This document shows positions 1-8,864 of a DNA stretch of 64,000 nt, piece by piece. The stretch is from contig JAXHMG010000003.1 of the NCBI GenBank assembly GCA_034521595.1, positions 2,624,001 to 2,688,000 of the forward strand, read 5' to 3'. This DNA is from Gemmatimonadota bacterium (GTDB lineage Bacteria; Gemmatimonadota; Gemmatimonadetes; Longimicrobiales; Gaopeijiaceae). Under the pieces are notes generated by a model. The model saw only the letters and a program-made list of their open reading frames with translations, had not been told where the DNA came from and did no database searches. The position numbers and the translations under genes were made by a program. Numbering within the stretch: position 1 is the first letter of the stretch; the number at the start of each line of letters is the position of its first letter.

Positions 1-93
1 GAAGATCCCGGAGCGGCGGAACATCTGGTCGACGAGCGTGGTCTTGCCGTGATCGACGTGCGCGATGATCGCGATGTTGCGAATGGAGGCCAT
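1..93 (-). CDS. typA: Translational GTPase TypA/BipA, N-terminal fragment (runs off the left edge)
   Basis: Reverse complement of 1-93 translates [31 protein letters not shown], the TypA G1 motif; not in the ORF track. Confidence 0.9.
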   Translation of the reverse strand, partial: MASIRNIAIIAHVDHGKTTLVDQMFRRSGIF

Positions 94-144
94 AGAGGAA
101 AACGCCGTGAAGGCGCGGACAAGGCGAATCGATGATCCTGCGGA

Positions 145-161
145 GCATTAAAAGTTAATGC
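145..161. promoter_or_regulatory. AT-rich inverted repeat upstream of typA (possible operator or promoter element)
   Basis: GCATTAA-AAG-TTAATGC, a perfect 7-bp inverted repeat in GC-rich DNA, about 50 nt upstream of the typA start. Confidence 0.25.
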
Positions 162-248
162 ATTCGTCCGCGGACGTCGCCTCCGTCCACACCTGAATGC
201 CCGGCCGGGCGCAGCGGGCCGCCGGAACGGGGACGGCGGCGCCCGACG

Positions 249-1325
249 TCATCGCTCCGTGGCGCGTCGCCCCAATCGGAACGAGGAGAGGAATCCGTCG
301 AGTGTCTCCTGAAAATCCTCGCGGGCGGGATCGTTCGCGCTCGGACGGGCGAACGCCTCCACCACGAAGGCCAAGACCGTACCTCCCATGGCGCCGAGCA
401 CGAGTCCCAGCGCGAGGAAGAGCTTGAGCCGACGGTCGTCCGGGCCCGGAGGCATGAACGGAGGCTGGAGGACGGTCATCACCGGTGTGTCACGCACTTC
501 CGATATCCGCGCCTGCTCGAACGACTGAACGAGAGTGGTAAACACCTGTTGCCGTAGAGACACGGTCCGTTGGAGGCGCTCGTACTCGAACTGGAGCTCC
601 GGAGATGCCTCGAACTGCCGGTTCGACTGGAGGAACCGCTGTAGCTCGTCCTCGGCCTCCTGAAGGTCCTCACGGGCATTCTCGACGCGGGATTCGATGA
701 AGCTCCGTTCCTCGGCGGCTTGCGACCGACGCGTCTCGAGGTTGAACCGGCTCACCTCGGCCAACAGGCGCTCGGCGATCTGGCGGGACAGCTCCGGCCA
801 CTCGGTAGTCACCTCGAGCGTGACGATGCCGGTCTCCGTGCCCGTCTGCACCGAAGTCGCCGACTCGCGCAACCATCCGATGACCGCCTTGACCCTGAGG
901 TCTTCCGTATCCTTCTCGACTTCGAGAAGGTCGGCGAGCGACGTCGGCGCGCCTTCGACCTCGTATTCGCCGGTCGCGACCCGCAACAGGATCTCTCTCG
1001 AGGTCAGCAGCTCCGCGTAGAATGCGGGGCTCAGCTCACCACCCGCCCCGCCGACATTGACTCCGAACTGGTTCGCGAGAGAGGCGAGTTGCGACTGGGT
1101 GGCTTCCGCGCCCTGAGGACGGAAGGACGCCGCGGTCGTGAAGGACGGCGCTCGGAGCAGCGCGAACGCGACGGCCAGCGCACCCAGCACGAGGGTGGTG
1201 AGCACGATGACCCGGCGCCGCCGGAGCAGAACGGCGAGCACTTCCCAGAGCGAGATCTCGTCATCCGGAACGCTCCCTGGCTGCGCGGTCGTGCTCGACG
1301 CCGCCGGTGTCTGATCGCTCGTCAT
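249..1325 (-). CDS. Wzz/GumC-like polysaccharide chain-length determinant
   Basis: DEISLWEVLAVL start, N-terminal TM helix, coiled-coil periplasmic region, Pro-rich motif before a Gly-rich C-terminal TM helix. Confidence 0.8.
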   Translation of the reverse strand: MTSDQTPAASSTTAQPGSVPDDEISLWEVLAVLLRRRRVIVLTTLVLGALAVAFALLRAPSFTTAASFRPQGAEATQSQLASLANQFGVNVGGAGGELSPAFYAELLTSREILLRVATGEYEVEGAPTSLADLLEVEKDTEDLRVKAVIGWLRESATSVQTGTETGIVTLEVTTEWPELSRQIAERLLAEVSRFNLETRRSQAAEERSFIESRVENAREDLQEAEDELQRFLQSNRQFEASPELQFEYERLQRTVSLRQQVFTTLVQSFEQARISEVRDTPVMTVLQPPFMPPGPDDRRLKLFLALGLVLGAMGGTVLAFVVEAFARPSANDPAREDFQETLDGFLSSFRLGRRATER

Positions 1326-1461
1326 CCTCGCTCCCTCGGAACCGTCTCTCGCGTGGCCCTCCGGCCACCTCGGACTCGCGACGGATTATCGCGCCCGCCG
1401 CTGCGGCCAGCAACCCGCTTCCGGCGTCGCGACGGAGCGTTGGGTGGCGCGCCGGATGCGG

Positions 1462-3831
1462 TCAGAACGGCAGGAAAACCGGGGTGACGAGGATCGTCAG
1501 GACGAGCACCAGCACGGTCATCGGAATGCCGAGGCGAAGGTAGTCTCCCATGCGGTACCCGGCGGGCGTCATGACGAGCGCGTGGGCCGGTTGCGACACG
1601 GGCGAAGCGAGGGAGGTCGCGGCGATCGCCGCCGCCATGACCAGCGGATAGGGAGAGACGTCGAGGTGGGTCGCGGCGTTGATGGCCACGGGCGCCATCA
1701 GCACGATCACCGCGGAGCCGGGCATGATTTGTCCGCCCACGCCCGTCGCCACCACGAGGAAAGCGAGCACGGCGTGAGGGCTCAGCGTCCCGGTGGCTCG
1801 CAGCATCATCTCGCCGAACAGCGCGACCGCACCGGTCTCCTCGAGCGCCGCGCCGAGCGAGAGCATCCCGGCCACGAGCACGAGCGTCGGCCAGTCCACC
1901 GCCCGGTACGCCTGATCCGCGGAGAGGCAACCGCTCAGGATCATCAGCACGGCCCCCGTGATCACCCCCACCGCCACCGGGACCCAACCCAGCATGACGG
2001 GCGCGAGCGCGACGACGGTCACCGCGATGGAGCGAGCGGCCAGGGGAGCCCGAGGAGCGGCCTCTTCGGGCGCTTGCAGGAGGATGAGGTCCGGTTCGTT
2101 CGCGAGCGCCCGCTGACGGCGGTGTGGTCCGTAGAGCAGAAGGGCGTCTCCGAACTGAAGCGCTTCGTCCCTGAGGTTGGTCTCCACCACGCCGCTCTCC
2201 CGGACGATCGCCACCACGTGCATGCCGAAACGTCCCTGGAAGCTCACCTGACGCAACGTCCGGCCGATCAGCTCGCTCCGGGGCGCCAGGACGGCCTCGG
2301 CGAAACCCACGTCGTCCCCCTCCAGCACGCTCGGATCGACCGGGGAGTCCAGATCGATGAGGAGCCGCTGGAGAGCACGCAGCACCACCATGTCACGCAC
2401 GCTGGCCTTGACCAGCAACTCGTCACCCGCACGGAAGACCTCGTCCGGATCGGGGAGCGGTCGAACCCGGGTGTCGCCGTCCTCGCCGTCCCGGCCGACC
2501 GCCACCACCATGAAGCCGACCGCGTCCCCCAGGCGGGAGTCCCGGAGCGTGCGTCCGACCAGCGCAGAGTCCTCCGTCACCCGGAGCGACCAGAGGCGAT
2601 CTTCCAGGTCGAACGCGCGCACCGCCTCCCCCGCCTCCATCGGTTCGACGGCCTCCAGATCGTGGCGCTCCACGAGTCCCTGGGCCGCGTCGCGGGGCGC
2701 CTGGATGAGAAGCTCGTCTCCGGCTCGCATGTCCGCGTCCAGGAACCGCGTCCGACGCTGCAGCCCCGGCGCCCGCCTCAGTGCCAAGATCACGATCCCT
2801 TCCCGGGAGTTGAGATCCAGGTCACTCGCGCTCTTGCCGACGAATCGGGAGCGTTCGGGCACGCGAGCGCGCACTAGCTCGACGGTGTCGGATCGCAACC
2901 ATGCGGCCGGCGCCGCTTCGGAGATCGAAACGAGGTGTCGCCGACCGCGCACCTCCAGCAGATGGTCGGGACTTCCCTGCACCAGAACGCGGTCCCCTCC
3001 CTTCAGCACGGCGTCCGGGCCGGGAGCGCGACGGATGCGATCGCCCCGTTGAATGGCCAGCACGTGCAAGCCCAGAGCCGAATCGATGAGGCTTTCCGCC
3101 AACGTCTTGCCGTCGAGCGCGGACCGGGCCGGCACTTCGATATAGAAGAGGCGGGACCGGAGGTCGACATCCTCCCGGATGCCCGACCGGTCGACCTCCA
3201 CACGTCCCGTGAGGGGCGTGCGGCTCGGGAGGAGACGAGGCCCGGCGACCGCGATGAGCACGGTCCCGGCCACGAGCAGGATCATCCCGATCGGTGTGAA
3301 CGTGAAGAGGCCGAACGGTTCCAGGCCGGCGTCGGCGAGGGACGCCGCGGCGAGGAGGTTCGGCGCGGTCCCGATGAGCGTCGTGAACCCCCCGAGCTGG
3401 GCCCCGAGAGCCATCGGAATGAGGAGCTTCGACGGCGCGATATCGGTGCGCTTCGCGATCCCCAAGGCGACCGGAAGCATCATGGCCGCCACTCCGACGT
3501 TGTTCATCACGCCGGAGACGGCACCCGAGACGAGCGTGACGCCGACGACGATCCGCCCCTCGGCAGCCCCGGCCCATCGAAGCACCAGCCGCCCCACCAG
3601 ACGCGCCACTCCGGTGCGGGACAACCCGGCCGAAACCACGAACATGCCGCCGACGGCGATGACCGCGGGGCTCGCGAACCCCGCGATCGCCCGCTCGGGG
3701 GACACGAGCCCCAGAAGGGACACCGTGACCATCACGATGAGCGCCACGAGGTCCATGCGGACACGACGTGACGCCAGCACCGCGACGGTGCCGGCGAGCA
3801 CGCACAGGACGAGGACGATGTCGGTGGACAT
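1462..3831 (-). CDS. SLC13/CitMHS-type permease with TrkA-C (RCK_C) domains
   Basis: MNNVG and TLIGTAPN motifs, repeated RCK_C segments, C-terminal GYRMGDYLRLG; start moved to the ATG of MSTDIV. Confidence 0.85.
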   Translation of the reverse strand: MSTDIVLVLCVLAGTVAVLASRRVRMDLVALIVMVTVSLLGLVSPERAIAGFASPAVIAVGGMFVVSAGLSRTGVARLVGRLVLRWAGAAEGRIVVGVTLVSGAVSGVMNNVGVAAMMLPVALGIAKRTDIAPSKLLIPMALGAQLGGFTTLIGTAPNLLAAASLADAGLEPFGLFTFTPIGMILLVAGTVLIAVAGPRLLPSRTPLTGRVEVDRSGIREDVDLRSRLFYIEVPARSALDGKTLAESLIDSALGLHVLAIQRGDRIRRAPGPDAVLKGGDRVLVQGSPDHLLEVRGRRHLVSISEAAPAAWLRSDTVELVRARVPERSRFVGKSASDLDLNSREGIVILALRRAPGLQRRTRFLDADMRAGDELLIQAPRDAAQGLVERHDLEAVEPMEAGEAVRAFDLEDRLWSLRVTEDSALVGRTLRDSRLGDAVGFMVVAVGRDGEDGDTRVRPLPDPDEVFRAGDELLVKASVRDMVVLRALQRLLIDLDSPVDPSVLEGDDVGFAEAVLAPRSELIGRTLRQVSFQGRFGMHVVAIVRESGVVETNLRDEALQFGDALLLYGPHRRQRALANEPDLILLQAPEEAAPRAPLAARSIAVTVVALAPVMLGWVPVAVGVITGAVLMILSGCLSADQAYRAVDWPTLVLVAGMLSLGAALEETGAVALFGEMMLRATGTLSPHAVLAFLVVATGVGGQIMPGSAVIVLMAPVAINAATHLDVSPYPLVMAAAIAATSLASPVSQPAHALVMTPAGYRMGDYLRLGIPMTVLVLVLTILVTPVFLPF

Positions 3832-4010
3832 GGAACGTTCCGGAGGAGAGTCGGCACAAGTTCGAAGCAAGAGGCGGAGCGCGCCATGTCATCCGTCCAT
3901 GCGGGCGTCCACCGCCGCGCCATGGCGCGGAGGCCCCGTGCTTCATATCGTCAACATGTCGGCATCCCGCACGACCCGTACTCCGGGGAGGTGAGCCGGC
4001 CGGAGGGCGC

Positions 4011-4865
4011 ATGAAGTTCCGCAGCTGTATCTGGATGACATGGTCGCTGGCCCTCCTCGGGTCAGGAGCAGCGGCCGCTCAGAATTCGTCGTCGGACACC
4101 GTTCCGTCCGACGGGGAAGGCGTGCGCGTGATCGGCAGAGTGACCGACCGGAGCACCCAGCGTCCTCTTCCCTCGGCCTCCGTCCGCTTGATCGACGTGG
4201 AAGACGACGAGCGCTTGGCGTGGGAGGGAGCTTCGGATTCCACGGGCACGTTCCGCGGGCCCCGCGTGCGCCCGTCCACGTACCGAGTGCGGGTGGAGGC
4301 ACTGGGCTACGGCGAGCTCGTGCAATCCGTGCCACTCTCGGGTTACGGCACGGTCGAGCTGATGGTCGAGCTCAGCCCGAGCGCGCTCGAGCTCGATCCC
4401 CTCGTGGTCGTTTCCCGGCGCCGCTCACGCCTGGAAAGCGCCGGGTTCTACGACCGCCGGCGACGCGGCTTCGGACACACGCTGAACCGCCGGGAGATCG
4501 AAGACCGCCACCCGTCCACCGTCACCGATCTCGTGCGAGCCATGCCCGGCGTGAGCGTAGCGCCGGGAGGGCTCGGAACCGGAGGGATCATCCGGATGCG
4601 CGGCGGCTGCATTCCCGACGTCATCCTGGACGGCGCGAGGTTGTCCGGGCCGGTCCGCCTGGATAACCTGCTCTCGGTTTCCGACCTGGAAGGCTTGGAG
4701 GTCTACAGCGGCTCCACCACACCGGCCCAGTACTCCACATCCTCCTGCGGCACCGTCCTGGCCTGGACTCGCGATCCGGGCTCCACGGATGGCCGTCCGT
4801 GGAGCTGGAAGAGGGCCGGAGCCGCCGCCGGCTTCATCCTCCTGAGCATCCTGCTCACGAGCTGA
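4011..4865 (+). CDS. Exported carboxypeptidase-regulatory-like domain + TonB-plug-like protein with C-terminal TM anchor
   Basis: GGAGG RBS before ATG 4011, signal peptide, GRVTD...GY beta-sandwich, GFYDRRRRGFG and LEVYSG...CGTVLAWT plug-like motifs. Confidence 0.7.
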   Translation: MKFRSCIWMTWSLALLGSGAAAAQNSSSDTVPSDGEGVRVIGRVTDRSTQRPLPSASVRLIDVEDDERLAWEGASDSTGTFRGPRVRPSTYRVRVEALGYGELVQSVPLSGYGTVELMVELSPSALELDPLVVVSRRRSRLESAGFYDRRRRGFGHTLNRREIEDRHPSTVTDLVRAMPGVSVAPGGLGTGGIIRMRGGCIPDVILDGARLSGPVRLDNLLSVSDLEGLEVYSGSTTPAQYSTSSCGTVLAWTRDPGSTDGRPWSWKRAGAAAGFILLSILLTS

Positions 4866-4896
4866 CACCGCTCGACCCTTCTCACCGCCCTATACG

Positions 4897-5199
4897 ATGA
4901 AGCACTACCTACTGTTCTACGAAGTCGTCGAAGATCACGCCGAGCGTCGCAAGCCGCACCGGACTTTGCACCTGCAGCGCGCGTGGGAAGCGCACGAACG
5001 GGGTGAGCTCGTGCTCGGCGGCGCACTCACGGAAGGCGCGGCGGGAGCCGCCTTGCTGTTCCGTGGAGAGTCCCCGCGCGTGGCCGAAGCCTTCGCCGAA
5101 GGGGATCCCTACGTGACCGAAGGGCTCGTCACCCGCTGGTGGGTGACCGAATGGGTGACCGTCGTCGGCGACCAGGCGGCCAACCCCGTCCGTCCCTGA
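4897..5199 (+). CDS. YciI-like protein
   Basis: R..HR..HL, LVLGGAL and FAEGDPYVTEGLV motifs. Confidence 0.85.
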   Translation: MKHYLLFYEVVEDHAERRKPHRTLHLQRAWEAHERGELVLGGALTEGAAGAALLFRGESPRVAEAFAEGDPYVTEGLVTRWWVTEWVTVVGDQAANPVRP

Positions 5200-5232
5200 G
5201 CGGAGGGGAAGCCTCTCCGCATCCCGGACGGC

Positions 5233-6207
5233 TCAGTCCCCCAAGACGTACGCACAGACGAGGGGAGCCACGATCGCCGCGTCCGAGTTGATCTCGAAGC
5301 GTGGGGTCTCAACCGCGAGCTTGCCCCACGTGATCTTCTCGTTGGCGGGTGCTCCCGAGTACCCTCCATACGAGGGCTGCGCATCCGTGATCTGGCAGAA
5401 GTAGCCCCAGTAAGGCACCTCTCGCTTCAGATCCTGGATGATGCAGGGCACCGAGCAGATCGCGAAGTCCCCCGCGATGCCTCCACCGAGTTGGAAGAAA
5501 CCGACGGAGGGGTGGGCTCCGGCGCCGTGGTTCTTCTCGTACCACTCGATGAGCATCTGGAACTGCTCGGTCCCGGACTTCACGACCTGGTGGGTGGGGA
5601 TCCTTCCCCGCATGACGTTGGCCGCGAAGATGTTGCCCGTCGTCGAGTCCTCCCACCCGGGTGCGAAGACGGGGATCCCCGCCTCCTTGGCGGCCACGAG
5701 CCACGAGTTCCGAGGATCGATCTGGTAGTGCTCCCACAAGGTCGGATCGTCGAGGAGCTCGAAGAGAAATTCCGCCGGGGTCTTCCGCGCCCCCTCCTCG
5801 GCAGCACGCCGCCAACAGGAGACCAGCCGCTCTTCGATCTGTCGCATCACCGTCTCCGGGATACACGTGTCGGTGACCCGGTTCATGCCGCGTTCGTACA
5901 ACGCCTCCTCGTCCGCCGCCGAAAGCTCACGCCACGAGGGGATGATCTCGTACTCGTCGTGCGCGACCAGGTTGAACAGATCCTCCTCGAGATTCGCGCC
6001 GGTACAGGAGATCGCGTGCACTTTCCCTTCACGGATCATCCGCGCGAGAATGATTCCGAACTCGCCGGTCGACATCGCGCCCGCCATCGTCACGAGCATC
6101 TTGCCGCCGCCGTCGACATGCGCTTCGTACGCCTTTGCGGCGTCCACCACCTCCCTGGCGTTGAAGTGTAGGTAGTGGCGCTCCATGAAGTTCCGAACCT
6201 GACCCAC
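5233..6207 (-). CDS. Deoxyhypusine synthase-like protein (probable homospermidine synthase)
   Basis: CTGANLEED, LGGG, YGGYSGA and NEKITWGK (active-site Lys) motifs; GTG start at 6207 with GGAGGG RBS. Confidence 0.85.
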   Translation of the reverse strand: MGQVRNFMERHYLHFNAREVVDAAKAYEAHVDGGGKMLVTMAGAMSTGEFGIILARMIREGKVHAISCTGANLEEDLFNLVAHDEYEIIPSWRELSAADEEALYERGMNRVTDTCIPETVMRQIEERLVSCWRRAAEEGARKTPAEFLFELLDDPTLWEHYQIDPRNSWLVAAKEAGIPVFAPGWEDSTTGNIFAANVMRGRIPTHQVVKSGTEQFQMLIEWYEKNHGAGAHPSVGFFQLGGGIAGDFAICSVPCIIQDLKREVPYWGYFCQITDAQPSYGGYSGAPANEKITWGKLAVETPRFEINSDAAIVAPLVCAYVLGD

Positions 6208-6336
6208 GCTGATTCCCTCCCGTGTTGACCTGGCAAGACCCGAGAACCCCAATGTTAAGAGATCGCACTCGCGAAGGCGACGCGAGTGCACCGTCCCGCC
6301 CCTGTCGTGACGAGCCACTCGGGTTATCATCCGCTC

Positions 6337-7113
6337 ATGATCTCTCCCACGTCACTGAACCGGTCGATCGTGCTGACCGTGGACGGCCATGTCGCCCGGA
6401 TCACGCTCAATCGGCCCGACCGACACAACGCGCTCGAATCCGAAGACATCCAAGCCTTCCGGTCCGCGTTGGCCACCGTCTCCGACGATGACGGAATCCG
6501 AGCTCTGGTGGTGACCGGAGCGGGATCGAGCACGTTTTGCGCGGGCGCTTCGCTCAAGCAGCTCAACACGGGCGAGATGAGCGGAGCCGTCTTCGACACC
6601 CTGACCGACGACCTCGCCTCCCTGCGCGTGCCGACCGTGTGCGCCGTGAACGGTGGTGCGTACGGAGGAGGTGCGGAAATCGCGCTCTGCTGCGACTTCC
6701 GGATCGGCGTCACGACCGCCCGGCTCTCGGTACCGGCGGCCCGCCTCGGGATCTGTTACCCCATCGGCGGGCTCGAGCGGTACGTGCAGCGCCTCGGGCT
6801 CGACACCGCCCGTCGCCTGCTCGTCGCCAACGAAGAGCTCACCGCGACGGAGATGCTGGAGATCGGCTTCCTGCACCGGGTCGTGGAGCCCGAGGCGCTC
6901 TCGGACGCGACCGACGCGCTGGCGGACCGGCTCGCGAGCTTGGCCCCCCTGGCGGTCCAGGGGATGAAGCGCATCCTCGGAGAGATCGCCTCCGGGACGC
7001 TGGACGAGGAGGGCGCCCGGGAGACCGTGGAGCGCTGCATGGCTTCCCAGGACCTCCAGGAGGGTCTCCGCGCCCAGCGGGCCGGCGAGGACCCGCGCTT
7101 CCAAGGGCGATGA
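6337..7113 (+). CDS. Enoyl-CoA hydratase/isomerase family protein
   Basis: LNRPDRHNAL, FCAGA and GGGAEIALCCDFRI crotonase motifs. Confidence 0.9.
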   Translation: MISPTSLNRSIVLTVDGHVARITLNRPDRHNALESEDIQAFRSALATVSDDDGIRALVVTGAGSSTFCAGASLKQLNTGEMSGAVFDTLTDDLASLRVPTVCAVNGGAYGGGAEIALCCDFRIGVTTARLSVPAARLGICYPIGGLERYVQRLGLDTARRLLVANEELTATEMLEIGFLHRVVEPEALSDATDALADRLASLAPLAVQGMKRILGEIASGTLDEEGARETVERCMASQDLQEGLRAQRAGEDPRFQGR

Positions 7114-8864
7114 GCGCACGCGATACCGAAGCGCTGCGCCATCGGCTCGCGCAGATCGACGGGGCGGGGTACAAGCGCTACAAAGAGCTTCGCGGCCGTT
7201 GGCGATTCCCGGACTTCACGCTGCACGTGGACCACGTGCAGGGCGACCCTTACGCCGCCCCCAGTCCGGTCCGCGTGGAGCTCCCCGCGGAGACCTCCGA
7301 GCTGCCGGCCGAAGGCTACGGGACCGAGCCCGGACGTCTCGGAGTCGCGGCCTGGCTCGCCCGGCGCTTCTCGGAGGCCGCGCGGACCGTCCCGACCAGA
7401 GGAAGCGGGCGGAGCGGCGAGGTCCGGATGGAGCATCCCGGGCAGAAGGTCGAGCCGCAGACGGCCGCGCTGTGCCGTCCGGACGGATCCGTGGAAGCTC
7501 GCTTCACGGTGGGGTTACCCGGACGGGGTCGCAGGATCGCGGGGGAGCAGGCGGCGACCCTCCTCCTGGACGTGGTTCCCGAGCTGGTCCGCCGGTGGCT
7601 CGTGTGTCACGAAGAGGACGTGCCGGAGCTGCTCGCCGCGGCCCGAACCAACGAAGACGCTCAGGCGTTGCGGAGGTTTCTCCGGGAGGAAGATCTCGTC
7701 GCGTTCCTCGCGGACGGCGCCATGCTCGCGCGTGCCAGCGGGGTGGAGGACACGCCGCTCGACTCCGACACGGCGGTTCCGTTCGAGAGCCCCGAGAGCC
7801 TACGCGCCACCGTGGATCTCCCCCACGCCGGGCGGATCTCGGGAATGCCCGTGCGGCCGGGAGTGACCGTCATCGTCGGGGGCGGCTTCCACGGAAAGAG
7901 CACGCTCTTGCGAGCGCTCGAAGCCGGCGTGTACAACCACATGCCGCAGGACGGGCGGGAGCGGGTCGTGACCCGGCGCGACGCCGTCAAGATTCGCGCC
8001 GAAGACGGACGCTCCGTCACGGGGGTCGACATCTCGAGCTTCATCGACGGACTCCCGCTCGGACGCCCGACCCACGATTTCACGACCCCCAACGCATCCG
8101 GCTCCACCAGCCAGGCGGCGTCGATCGTGGAGGCGATCGAGTCCGAAGCCCACGTCCTGCTCATCGACGAAGACACGTCGGCCACCAACTTCATGACCCG
8201 AGACCGCAGGATGCAGGAGCTGGTGCCGGGTGCGGGCGAGCCCATCACGCCGTTCGTCGACCGGGTTCGCTCGCTCCATGGGCGGGACGACGTGAGCACC
8301 GTCCTGGTGGTGGGAGGGACCGGGGACTACCTGGACACGGCGGACACGGTCGTGCGCATGGACACCTACCGTCCGTACGATGTGAGCGCGCACGCGAGAG
8401 AGACCGCGCGCCAGCACCCCACGGGGCGGGCGACCGAGGGCGTCGACGCCCCCCTCCGTGCACGTCCGCGCCGGATCCGAACAGCCTCGCTCGACCCCTC
8501 CCGGGGACGGCGTGACACGTATGTCCGTGTGCCCGACGCACGAACGCTCCGGTTCGGCACCGACACCCTCGACCTCGGCGCGGTCGAACAGATCACTTCC
8601 CGCGCGCAGGTCCGCTCCATCGGACTCGCGCTTGCGTTCCTGGCCCGTGTCGACGAACAGGTGCTCGACGTCGCCGAGGCACTGGACCGGGTGGAGGCCC
8701 TCCTCGAACGAGAGGGCCTGGACGGCCTCGACCGCCGCCGTCCCGGTGACCTGGCCTGGTTCCGTCGCTTCGAGCTGGCCGCGGCGCTGAACCGACTCCG
8801 CTCGCTCCGCGTGGGGGAGAACGAGGAGGAAGCCGGCAGCTCGGAGGATGGGACAGGACGGTGA
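7110..8864 (+). CDS. ABC-class ATPase domain protein (ABC_ATPase/MRB1590-like)
   Basis: DHVQGDPYAAPS, Walker A GGGFHGKST, ASGSTSQAA, LIDEDTSATNFM; ATGA overlap with the upstream stop. Confidence 0.85.
   Translation: MSARDTEALRHRLAQIDGAGYKRYKELRGRWRFPDFTLHVDHVQGDPYAAPSPVRVELPAETSELPAEGYGTEPGRLGVAAWLARRFSEAARTVPTRGSGRSGEVRMEHPGQKVEPQTAALCRPDGSVEARFTVGLPGRGRRIAGEQAATLLLDVVPELVRRWLVCHEEDVPELLAAARTNEDAQALRRFLREEDLVAFLADGAMLARASGVEDTPLDSDTAVPFESPESLRATVDLPHAGRISGMPVRPGVTVIVGGGFHGKSTLLRALEAGVYNHMPQDGRERVVTRRDAVKIRAEDGRSVTGVDISSFIDGLPLGRPTHDFTTPNASGSTSQAASIVEAIESEAHVLLIDEDTSATNFMTRDRRMQELVPGAGEPITPFVDRVRSLHGRDDVSTVLVVGGTGDYLDTADTVVRMDTYRPYDVSAHARETARQHPTGRATEGVDAPLRARPRRIRTASLDPSRGRRDTYVRVPDARTLRFGTDTLDLGAVEQITSRAQVRSIGLALAFLARVDEQVLDVAEALDRVEALLEREGLDGLDRRRPGDLAWFRRFELAAALNRLRSLRVGENEEEAGSSEDGTGR

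Noticed and set aside
6537-7109. N-terminal extension of the ABC-ATPase ORF
   Set aside because: It is an off-frame overlap with the enoyl-CoA hydratase; the ATGA-coupled start at 7110 is preferred.
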